IMG/VR virus record: IMGVR_UViG_3300044646_000655 | Location: 1 to 56,698 of that record | DNA: 56,698 nucleotides | Origin: a virus | Taxonomy: Duplodnaviria > Caudoviricetes | Direction: 5' to 3' (one strand) | Shown: piece by piece, positions 46,761 through 55,009 of the stretch | How positions within the stretch are numbered: position 1 is the stretch's first letter | How the letters are laid out: the number at the start of each line of letters is the position of its first letter | The notes under the pieces: model-generated | Told to the model about the DNA's origin: nothing | The model's input: only the letters and a program-made list of their open reading frames with translations | Databases searched by the model: none | Position numbers and translations under genes: made by a program

Positions 46761-46991
46761 TTATTTGTATTTTCTGATAATTCTAAAGATTTCTGACAGA
46801 TCAGTCAACTCTACACTCCAATTGTAATAAGCTATGGTGAATCCGTGATTGGCTGTCCAATCCTCCTTTTCAACCCATTTACCATTTACACTATACAAGT
46901 ATATCCAAGGCAAATTGGCTGCTAGTTCAATTTCAATCCCTATCTTCTTAAGCCTTTTGCGTAGTTTGTTTAAGTTGTCTGTATTTGTCAT
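46761..46991 (-). CDS. Hypothetical protein
   Basis: N.PWIYL..VNG..V.E...NHGFT. Confidence 0.6.
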   Translation of the reverse strand: MTNTDNLNKLRKRLKKIGIEIELAANLPWIYLYSVNGKWVEKEDWTANHGFTIAYYNWSVELTDLSEIFRIIRKYK

Positions 46992-47160
46992 TTTGTTTTT
47001 TTTGTCTTGCTCTAGCTTCTGGAGTGCACTTGAATTCCAAGTAATATTTCTTCTGTTCCTTTAGAGTACACTCTATACACTTTTTACTGAGGCCGTCCTT
47101 GTTCCACTTGTGCTTGTAGTACTTGTCCGTTATCTTCTTGCACGTTTTGCATTCCTTCAT
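46948..47160 (-). CDS. Zinc-finger protein
   Basis: CKTC...KDGL...CIEC. Confidence 0.55.
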   Translation of the reverse strand: MKECKTCKKITDKYYKHKWNKDGLSKKCIECTLKEQKKYYLEFKCTPEARARQKKQNDKYRQLKQTTQKA

Positions 47161-47404
47161 TTTCTTTGTGTTTCATTACTTCCATTATGGCGTATACGTC
47201 TGTCATTGATACATTGGTTGTTCTGAGGCCGTCCCCAGTCTCAACAAAATTAATAGCATCCTCAACCGTAGTTGCATCTACAGGATAATTTTCCAAGACT
47301 CCCTTTTTATTTATCTGGAGTAGTTCTTCCATACTCTTCTTGCTCGCCCATACGAAAGTCTTCATATAGCGGAGGTATTGTTTTTTATCTATTTTCGAGT
47401 TCAT
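47084..47404 (-). CDS. Hypothetical protein
   Basis: ORF in operon. Confidence 0.5.
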   Translation of the reverse strand: MNSKIDKKQYLRYMKTFVWASKKSMEELLQINKKGVLENYPVDATTVEDAINFVETGDGLRTTNVSMTDVYAIMEVMKHKENEGMQNVQEDNGQVLQAQVEQGRPQ

Positions 47405-48320
47405 TTATAGTTGCAAATATACGGTAAGCGATTTGTGGAACAATGGCGTTACCATATCCCATTAAGGATTCTTTTCTCCACTTTGAAAAGGTAAGTCCGT
47501 CCAATTCAGAGGGAAGCCCATCATCTCCGCTACAAAGTGGGGATTTAACTGGGAACCAGGTCCAAGCCTCGGATGGTCCACCTTGTTGGGAATAAACATT
47601 GTCATCTGACGGAGAGTCATTTGTAGATTTACGTTGTTCTCTTTGTGTCTCTGACTCCTGGCGATATATGTCTCCGGCCTTGTTGCTGTGTTCCAATCTT
47701 GAGCGTTCGGAGTCGGAAGTATTCCCCTCTTGAAGATGAATCCTGTCGCTACCTCTTGTGCTAGTGTCCCGGAGTTCCCGAACTTCTGTTCCTTCTTGCT
47801 CAGATTCTCGCTGTATCCGTCCATCGCTGCTGGTGTCTTTAGCAACAATGTAAACCCTGTCCCTTTTGTGTGGGGCATTGATGCTGACAGCTGGAAGTAA
47901 AAACGTTTGGATTTCGTATCCTTCACTTTCCAAATCAGCGTACACCTCTTCGAGAACCAATCCGTCCGACCAACTAAGCAGTCCACGAACATTTTCCCCC
48001 ACGACATAGCGTGGTCTGATTTCTCTGATTGCTCTGTGGAACTCTGGCCAAAGATGGCGTTCGTCTTCTTTTCCCATCCTTTTTCCAGCGATGCTGAAGG
48101 GCTGGCAAGGAAATCCACCGGAGAGGACATCGATTTTTCCTCTCCAAATTTTAAAGTCAGTTGTTTTGATGTTGTCATAACTTTGGGCCTCAGGCCAATA
48201 AAAACTACATAATTGTCTACTAAAAGGATTGATATCGCAATGGAACTTATTGGTCCAACCCATCCATTCCGCTGCGAGATCAAATCCTCCTATGCCACTA
48301 AATAAACTACCGTGATTCAT
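47385..48320 (-). CDS. DNA (cytosine-5) methyltransferase, alpha chain
   Basis: SLFSGIGG, GGFPCQ, ENV, H.R.R, YGNAIVPQ; motif IX missing in this frame. Confidence 0.9.
   Translation of the reverse strand: MNHGSLFSGIGGFDLAAEWMGWTNKFHCDINPFSRQLCSFYWPEAQSYDNIKTTDFKIWRGKIDVLSGGFPCQPFSIAGKRMGKEDERHLWPEFHRAIREIRPRYVVGENVRGLLSWSDGLVLEEVYADLESEGYEIQTFLLPAVSINAPHKRDRVYIVAKDTSSDGRIQRESEQEGTEVRELRDTSTRGSDRIHLQEGNTSDSERSRLEHSNKAGDIYRQESETQREQRKSTNDSPSDDNVYSQQGGPSEAWTWFPVKSPLCSGDDGLPSELDGLTFSKWRKESLMGYGNAIVPQIAYRIFATINELENR
47462..48283 (-). CDS. Overlapping-frame beta chain of the C5-MTase (TRD + motif IX)
   Basis: LLKTP.A.D / LPTP.A.D repeats and LNPHFVAEMMGFPLNWT; start uncertain (possibly ATG 47878). 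Confidence 0.65.
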   Translation of the reverse strand: MISQRNGWVGPISSIAISILLVDNYVVFIGLRPKVMTTSKQLTLKFGEEKSMSSPVDFLASPSASLEKGWEKKTNAIFGQSSTEQSEKSDHAMSWGKMFVDCLVGRTDWFSKRCTLIWKVKDTKSKRFYFQLSASMPHTKGTGFTLLLKTPAAMDGYSENLSKKEQKFGNSGTLAQEVATGFIFKRGILPTPNAQDWNTATRPETYIARSQRHKENNVNLQMTLRQMTMFIPNKVDHPRLGPGSQLNPHFVAEMMGFPLNWTDLPFQSGEKNP

Positions 48321-48591
48321 GATACTCTCTTTTTAATTTTTCAGCAATCTCCATTGCTCTCGAATATGTCTTCATCTCCTTCCTCTTCCCAAATTCCCAT
48401 TTCTGATGACATTGCATACAATATAGCATCCAATTTTCGGGATGTGTCCTCAAACTCGGATACGCTCCTTTGGTAATGATATGCGATACAAACATCGGAC
48501 TGAAGTGTAGTAGTCGCAACCCACACTCCTCGCACTGGTGATTCTGCCGTGTTGACCACATATCTTTGTACCATTGGATATCTCCTTTCAT
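48307..48591 (-). CDS. HNH/NinG-like protein
   Basis: CEECG..SHI..R..PEN...C.QCH. Confidence 0.65.
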   Translation of the reverse strand: MKGDIQWYKDMWSTRQNHQCEECGLRLLHFSPMFVSHIITKGAYPSLRTHPENWMLYCMQCHQKWEFGKRKEMKTYSRAMEIAEKLKREYHESR

Positions 48592-49571
48592 TAACTTATT
48601 CTGAAAACTCTCGATCCGTTCTTATTGGGTCTCCAAGTTACCTTAGCCACTTCACTATTTATCATCGAGTAATTACCCATATGAGTTTTAATCATATTGG
48701 CGTGCTCTCTCTTACCATCTTCCATTGCTGAAATTTCAGAGTTGAGTTCTAAATAACGAGTGATGTGATGGTCAATCTCTGGACTACTTGCGATAGTCTT
48801 ATCTTCAGGATTGGAGAAACGCTCTGACAAATATTCAGAGTATGCTTCTGTCCCATCTGGCGGTGGAGCAAACTGATCGTAGTCTGTACCATTGGCAACG
48901 GCCTCACGACCTAACTTAACTCTTTCCCAAAAGTCCTCGGTGATATTGATAATGGAACTGATAATCTCCTCATCTACATCATACTCGTGTACCTTGAAGT
49001 TTCTTCCGTCCTCTAGTACAACCAGGTAACCCTTTTCAACTCCGAGGCCCATCATATAGGTTTGAAGCTGCAAGTAATAAGACGGAGGAATACCACCATC
49101 CCATTGCTTACTACTCCAACCACTAATGGTCTTAATCTCAGCGATTGCATCTACGTTATCTAGATTGATTGTGTTATTACGAACACGAATGTCCTTACTG
49201 ATAATCAATCGGTCTGGAGAAAAGAACAAGTGAGGAAAACTTGGGTTAACAATATAACCACTAGGCTCATACAAATGACGAACTTTTTTAGCCTCACGAA
49301 AGTTTTTAATCATTGTGGGCTCATCAGTCTCCCAAAACTCAAAGATATCTGCCACCGTCTGCTCAAGGATAGTACCCATAAACATAGGCATATTCTCAAC
49401 TTGCTTTTGTGGGATGATACCAATCTTTTGGTAGTATAACTCGGCCGGAGATTTCCAAGAGTTCACACCCATAAGTGTTCCAATCTCAGAAGCACCCAAA
49501 CCGTTATCTCTAAAGTTTAACCACTCTTGGTATTGCTTATCTTTACTGATTTGAATTATCTCTAGTTTCAT
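48591..49571 (-). CDS. YqaJ/lambda-type exonuclease
   Basis: WL..R..GLGASE, G..LE, SPDRL, EIKT, Y.LQ.Q.YM. Confidence 0.85.
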   Translation of the reverse strand: MKLEIIQISKDKQYQEWLNFRDNGLGASEIGTLMGVNSWKSPAELYYQKIGIIPQKQVENMPMFMGTILEQTVADIFEFWETDEPTMIKNFREAKKVRHLYEPSGYIVNPSFPHLFFSPDRLIISKDIRVRNNTINLDNVDAIAEIKTISGWSSKQWDGGIPPSYYLQLQTYMMGLGVEKGYLVVLEDGRNFKVHEYDVDEEIISSIINITEDFWERVKLGREAVANGTDYDQFAPPPDGTEAYSEYLSERFSNPEDKTIASSPEIDHHITRYLELNSEISAMEDGKREHANMIKTHMGNYSMINSEVAKVTWRPNKNGSRVFRIS

Positions 49572-49809
49572 CTCTTGTTACCCACTTTTCAAAAGTTTCA
49601 GCGGTTTCTAATGTGAAATTCTTAAACTCTTCTACTGTGAAATTACCATCTAAACGTGGCATAATTGACTCTACAAACTGCACCGCAGCTTTGAGGCTTG
49701 ACTGCCTGATAATAGACAGTTGTTCCTGCCCATAGTGTTTCATATGGACAGGTTCAACTTTCTTACCGATTTTTGCAGCCAAGTTTGAATTACTTACTCC
49801 TCTTGGCAT
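49543..49809 (-). CDS. Hypothetical protein
   Basis: IIRQSSLKAAV motif. Confidence 0.6.
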   Translation of the reverse strand: MPRGVSNSNLAAKIGKKVEPVHMKHYGQEQLSIIRQSSLKAAVQFVESIMPRLDGNFTVEEFKNFTLETAETFEKWVTRDETRDNSNQ

Positions 49810-50426
49810 TAGAATGGCAAATCATCATCTTCTTGTTCAACCTCTGCTTGTTTTTCTTCAAGCACGTCTGGTTCAGCAATCAAATTGTTAACGTGAGCAA
49901 CTTCTTTAATTTTAGCGTGAAACTCGTTTACTTTATCCATACGGAATGCTTCAACTTCGCTCCAATCAATTGAAACTAGTTCACCCTTTTTGTTAAATAC
50001 TTCTTCGGGGTCAGGCATACCTTCACCTTTTTTAAAAGCCCATTTAATTGTCTCACCATTCTGATTTAAGAACAAAGCAGAACGCTTCTTACCATCAATT
50101 TCTTTCAAAGACGGAACGAATTCAACTTTCTTTGATGGATCAATGTTTGGAGAACAATGTGCAAATGCAATGAAGTAAGATGTTTGCTTGGCCAACTGAC
50201 CAGGCTGATCTTCTCCTTTGATTCTGATTTGTAGTTGGTAAACTACATCGTCTTTCAAATCAATACATAACACTGGTCCATACTGAGTGTCACGAGTACT
50301 CATTCCTACGATGTAACCTTCTACTGAATCGTAAAGTTCATACTTCTTGTCACCTAAATACTTGGCAATTTTGCCTTCTCTAATTGTAAGATACTCACGA
50401 GTACCTAATCCTTTGTTTAATCCCAT
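49809..50426 (-). CDS. Putative single-stranded DNA-binding protein
   Basis: Beta-rich; acidic tail EDDDLPF; adjacent to exonuclease. Confidence 0.6.
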   Translation of the reverse strand: MGLNKGLGTREYLTIREGKIAKYLGDKKYELYDSVEGYIVGMSTRDTQYGPVLCIDLKDDVVYQLQIRIKGEDQPGQLAKQTSYFIAFAHCSPNIDPSKKVEFVPSLKEIDGKKRSALFLNQNGETIKWAFKKGEGMPDPEEVFNKKGELVSIDWSEVEAFRMDKVNEFHAKIKEVAHVNNLIAEPDVLEEKQAEVEQEDDDLPF

Positions 50427-50502
50427 AATTTTTCTATTGAGTAGTGCGAATATACTAGAATATTTTGTAATTTCAAGAATTTTTTGTAAAATTGTATGAA
50501 AT

Positions 50503-50749
50503 TATGAACAACGAATTAAAATCTAGAGTTTTAGAACTCAAGGAAAAATTAAAAAGAGGGGACATGGCAAGAATTGTAGAAAGAACTGAAAAGTTTGGAG
50601 TTCAGAAATATGATGTTTACAATATCTTGAACGGCAAGTCTCTGGTAGATCATCAAAAATTAATAATTGTGATGCGTGAGGTGAAGAAGTGCATTGAAGA
50701 GAATGAACGCTACATCCAAGAATTTGAGATGAAAATTTCTGAACTATGA
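50503..50749 (+). CDS. HTH-like regulator
   Basis: LKRGDMARI...YDVYNILNG; divergent from the early operon. Confidence 0.55.
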
Positions 50750-51159
50750 CTCTAGATGAGCTAGAAGAGAAAATAATATCCATACGCAAAAGAGGACTTA
50801 ATATTTTATTAGAAAACGAACTCATCGCATTAGTCAGAAAAGACTACTACGATATCCAAATCGAAAAGCAGATTGAACATATGGGCAATCGTTTTCGAAA
50901 CAATGTATTATTTCTAAACTCTTTGCATAAGGAGAATTGTTCGGCCCAAAAAATCAAAGAGTTTATGGGTGTTGACATTGATGTGTCTGTCAATAAAATT
51001 TTCTATGGAGATAGAAATATCTACTCTTTAAAACAAGCTATAATCATTTCTGAGTTCTTCGGTTTGCCGGTAGAACTACTTTTATTTCAAGACTTAAGTG
51101 CTATCCGTGAAACAATCCAAAAAGAATACCCTACTCTTTTCAGACAGAGTAGAAATTAA
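50746..51159 (+). CDS. XRE-like HTH protein
   Basis: SLKQAIIISEFFGLPVELL. Confidence 0.55.
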   Translation: MTLDELEEKIISIRKRGLNILLENELIALVRKDYYDIQIEKQIEHMGNRFRNNVLFLNSLHKENCSAQKIKEFMGVDIDVSVNKIFYGDRNIYSLKQAIIISEFFGLPVELLLFQDLSAIRETIQKEYPTLFRQSRN

Positions 51160-51502
51160 ACCATTGTCTGTTAATCAAGCCTGGCAAGGTAAAAGATTCA
51201 AAACCAAAAATTATCAAAACTACGAAAAGGAGGTTCTCCTAAAATTACATCCCTACACGCTTGTTATCAAAGAGCCAGTCGAACTAATTATCATTGTTGG
51301 TTTTAGCAATGCGGCCTCAGATGCAGACAACGCTGTAAAACCTTTTCTTGACATCCTTCAGAAAAAATATGACTTCAACGATAAGTATATCTATCGCCTT
51401 GTTGTTGAGAAAGTTATAGTCAAAAAAGGAGAGGAGTTTATAGAATTTTTCATAAAAAATTATGAGCCTCTTGAATACAATGTTGCAAATTCTGAAAATT
51501 GA
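51098..51502 (+). CDS. rusA: RusA-like Holliday junction resolvase
   Basis: KPLSVN.AW...KT..Y, DADN.VKPFLD.L..Y.FNDK.I. Confidence 0.8.
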   Translation: MLSVKQSKKNTLLFSDRVEIKPLSVNQAWQGKRFKTKNYQNYEKEVLLKLHPYTLVIKEPVELIIIVGFSNAASDADNAVKPFLDILQKKYDFNDKYIYRLVVEKVIVKKGEEFIEFFIKNYEPLEYNVANSEN

Positions 51503-51784
51503 TATTAATATTGCAGCACGGTGGACTTTGTAATGGGGGTATGTTAGAAACCGTCTGGTGAGTAAAGCAGGTGAGACTTGCGGAATCAACCAGCCCGACC
51601 TGAACCAATTTTCTTAAAAGTCAAAAACGGCTTTTTTGGAAAGGGGGGAAAGGGGGGTATGGTTTATTTCTGGTTCCGTAAGCAGATGCATTGTTGTTAC
51701 TAGTACCAGGTTCTACGAAGAATATATCTAAATGACCTAAGTGTGTCTAAACTAAAAAAAGGTCATAATTTCAACTTTTTTTTA

Positions 51785-51792
51785 TATTTTTG
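51785..51792 (+). promoter_or_regulatory. Bacteroidota-type -7 element TATTTTTG
   Basis: 6 nt before portal ATG. Confidence 0.55.
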
Positions 51793-51798
51793 TAATAA

Positions 51799-53979
51799 AT
51801 GGCGTTTACTATTACAAATCAACCAAAACAATTCTTAACGGAAAGCGAAAAGAATAAAATTTGGTACAAGGAGAACATCCAGTTCATAATGTCCCATTTC
51901 AACAAGAGACACGATAGGATTTCAAGAATTAGAAAAAAAGATGACTTAATGAATCCCATTGACGAGGTAGTTAGAATGTTTACTTACTACTTGGGGAGAC
52001 AAGACAACAAAGATTATTACTACACTACTCAAGACCAAAACAATTGTGATTTACCTACGGTATGGATCAATGGTCAAAAAGTTACATCTCTAGTTGACTA
52101 CATGGTAGGTAATGCTATCAAAATGGTGGAGAATATTGAACCAGTAGTAAAGGCTCAGAGTAAAAACGCAATCAATAAAAAAACGGACATTTTAGAAAAG
52201 GCATTGATGAAGTTTGATATGCCGGAACTATTTGAGATGCTTATGGAGTTTGGTTTGGAATACAAACCACTTGGGCCTCAGACTCCTCAGATGGAAATAC
52301 CCGAAGATGTTTATAGATACATGGAGTATGACTATCAAGAATACTCTGAAGTACTAGCTACTAAAATCTGTGAAGATATATTAAACAGAAATTCTTATAA
52401 GCACAAACTAAAGCAAGCTTTCTTATATACCTTGCTAGGAGGATATGTAGGAATAGAAAATAGAATTGAAAATGGTAAACAATACTTTGATCCTGTATTA
52501 CCTCATAACTTGATTGTAGACAGAGCAAAGGATGATGACTTTAATTCTGAGGCCCGATTCGTAGGAAAAGTAGATTGGTTAAACATCACCGACATAGTGG
52601 AGCGTTATCAAGATTACTTGACCACAGAAGAACTTGAGGAGATTAAGCAAATCAATATGAACAACTTGTATCAGTTGCTTGATTTGACTACTCACCCATA
52701 CGCTACAAACTGGGCGTTCAATGTAAATAATCTTCCAACCTTGGCGTGTGTTACTGGCTATTGGATTGGTATGAAAGATTTGGGTTATGAGAAGTCTAAA
52801 GACAAATTTGGAAATACTCACTACCAAAGAATCCGTAACGGAAGAAAAGGTCAGTATTGGACAAAGACTGTATACAAAGCTACTCTCATAGGCAACAAGT
52901 ATGTTGTAGAACATGGAGAGACTACGAACATTGTTCGTAAGCATGATAATCCTGGAGATGTAGAATTACCATTGAAAGTATTTATTCCGAATATGGTAAT
53001 GGGTGAGAATCGTTCTGTTGTTGCTCGTTTGCATCAGCACCAAGATCGTATTGATTACATCACCAATGAAATCACTAAGATGATGACTCGTGCCAAAGGT
53101 AAGGTGTATATCATCAACCGACAAAAACTTGGTACTTCATCTGCAAAAGATGTTATTACAGATTTCGAAAGAATGGGTATCCACATCACAGATGGTTCTG
53201 CTACCGGAGAAGATTTTGTAAGTGGGCAAGAGGCTCGTATGGTTGAAGTAGTTGATATGACACTAGATCCAAATGTGCAGCAACTTGTTGCACTAAGAAG
53301 AGAAGAAGAGCGTTTGATGGAAGAGATTGTAAACATTCCAAAGATTGCTCTCGGACAACAAAGCGGATATGTTGGTGCTAAAACTCAAGCAGGTACTATT
53401 GCACAATCTAACTTGGGAACAACTTATTTGTACCAAGGCTTTATTGAGTTCTTTGAAAAACAATTAGCATTTGCTTTGAACCAATATAAAATTTCATTGA
53501 TGGATGAGTCTGAAGATGAAATACCAATTGTAGGTACAAGAGGTAAAGAGTGGTTGAAGATTACCAAAGACTTCCAGTTTGAAGAACTAGGTGTTTACAT
53601 CCGTGTTAAAGACTTTATTGATGACCAATCTAAGGAGAGGTTGTTAATGTTGGCACAAGCTGCAATGCAGAACCAACAGATTGATATGTTAGACTACATC
53701 AGAATAGAAAAGTCTAAGACATATACTGAAATCTTGAATGAGTTGGAATACTCTTTGAATAAGAGAAGAAGAGACCAGGAAAAGCAGCAAGCCATAATGC
53801 AAATGATGCAAGAGGCACAAATGCAACAACAGATGGCTCAACAACAAGACTTAGCGTCAATGAAGGAAGAGGGAGCAAATTACAGAAAAGAATTAGACGT
53901 TCAAGGTAAGGTTGTAGATACTGCAATGAAGCAAGCATTATCTGAAGGTGGTGAACCACCCCAAGAAATGATGATGTAA
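51799..53979 (+). CDS. Portal protein
   Basis: 726 aa, S.V.RL...Q, GQQSGY..A.TQ, Q/M-rich C-terminus; portal-scaffold-MCP order. Confidence 0.75.
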   Translation: MAFTITNQPKQFLTESEKNKIWYKENIQFIMSHFNKRHDRISRIRKKDDLMNPIDEVVRMFTYYLGRQDNKDYYYTTQDQNNCDLPTVWINGQKVTSLVDYMVGNAIKMVENIEPVVKAQSKNAINKKTDILEKALMKFDMPELFEMLMEFGLEYKPLGPQTPQMEIPEDVYRYMEYDYQEYSEVLATKICEDILNRNSYKHKLKQAFLYTLLGGYVGIENRIENGKQYFDPVLPHNLIVDRAKDDDFNSEARFVGKVDWLNITDIVERYQDYLTTEELEEIKQINMNNLYQLLDLTTHPYATNWAFNVNNLPTLACVTGYWIGMKDLGYEKSKDKFGNTHYQRIRNGRKGQYWTKTVYKATLIGNKYVVEHGETTNIVRKHDNPGDVELPLKVFIPNMVMGENRSVVARLHQHQDRIDYITNEITKMMTRAKGKVYIINRQKLGTSSAKDVITDFERMGIHITDGSATGEDFVSGQEARMVEVVDMTLDPNVQQLVALRREEERLMEEIVNIPKIALGQQSGYVGAKTQAGTIAQSNLGTTYLYQGFIEFFEKQLAFALNQYKISLMDESEDEIPIVGTRGKEWLKITKDFQFEELGVYIRVKDFIDDQSKERLLMLAQAAMQNQQIDMLDYIRIEKSKTYTEILNELEYSLNKRRRDQEKQQAIMQMMQEAQMQQQMAQQQDLASMKEEGANYRKELDVQGKVVDTAMKQALSEGGEPPQEMMM

Positions 53980-54025
53980 TAAAATTTGTAAATTTGTTAA
54001 AAATATACTAAATTCGTATAAAACT

Positions 54026-54982
54026 ATGTCGGAAACATTCTTACAAGAAATTGCTGATCAGTTAAGAGGTCAGACTTCCCTTGCAGAGCCTACGCCTGTA
54101 GAACCTGCTGCTGTAGAACCTACACCAGTAAATCCTACACCTGTAGAACCTGCCCCTGTCGCAACTGCTACACTAGCAGTTAATGACCAAATTACAGATA
54201 GTGTAACTGTTAAAAAAGAATGGTGGGAAGATGATCAACCAAATCCACCAGCAGACCCAAAACCTGTTGATGATAAAAAAACAGAAACAACTGAACCTTC
54301 GTTTGACTTAGACGAAGATTTAAAGTTGTTACTCGAATACAAAAAGAGTGGTAAAACTCTAAAGGATTTTGTAAATGAATACAAAATCCAAGATTATTCT
54401 ACCTGGGATGATTCTAAAATCATAGCAGAAGGACTGAAAGAATTTATGAGTCTTTCAGACGAAGAGATGGAGCAGGCAAAATATGAATTTGATTCTGCAT
54501 CTATTTTCCAAAAGAAGCAAATGGTCGATTCGTTTAAACAGAAGTTTGAGCAAAAAAATGAAGGTTTACTGAAACAGTTAACCTCATCTAATGTTCAAAT
54601 TGATGAAAGACAAAAGGCCGTTAGTGATATATTCAATAGTCAGTTGGATACATTCTCAAAAGAAATTGTAGACAAAGAAGTTTATGGAATGAAAATTACA
54701 GATGAAATGTCCAAGGATTTGAAAAATTTCATAGAAAAAGAGTTTACACTTCAGAGACAAGATGGAACATTTGACATTGAAAAAATGTACTCAATCGGTT
54801 TATGGTTGAAGTATGGTAAAGATCTAGTTAAGGCTAACATCACAAAGGCAAAAAACGAAGGAAAGGAACAAGTAATTAGAGAAGTTTCTAACCCTTCTAA
54901 AAATAACACCGGTGGTGGTAGAGTTGTTGGATCTGGTCTTGAGGCTGCACAAGAAGCCTTTAATACCCTGTTCCCAGGTTAA
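54026..54982 (+). CDS. Capsid scaffolding protein
   Basis: EPTPV repeats, acidic helical; between portal and MCP. Confidence 0.6.
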   Translation: MSETFLQEIADQLRGQTSLAEPTPVEPAAVEPTPVNPTPVEPAPVATATLAVNDQITDSVTVKKEWWEDDQPNPPADPKPVDDKKTETTEPSFDLDEDLKLLLEYKKSGKTLKDFVNEYKIQDYSTWDDSKIIAEGLKEFMSLSDEEMEQAKYEFDSASIFQKKQMVDSFKQKFEQKNEGLLKQLTSSNVQIDERQKAVSDIFNSQLDTFSKEIVDKEVYGMKITDEMSKDLKNFIEKEFTLQRQDGTFDIEKMYSIGLWLKYGKDLVKANITKAKNEGKEQVIREVSNPSKNNTGGGRVVGSGLEAAQEAFNTLFPG

Positions 54983-55009
54983 AGGGAAAACAAAAAAAAT
55001 AAAAAATAA

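Noticed and set aside
54085-54160. Tandem DNA repeat CCTGTAGAACCT
   Set aside because: Explained by the EPTPV low-complexity linker of the scaffold protein.
3511-54716. CCWWGG enrichment
   Set aside because: About 22 copies by eye versus roughly 11 expected; too weak without a proper null model.
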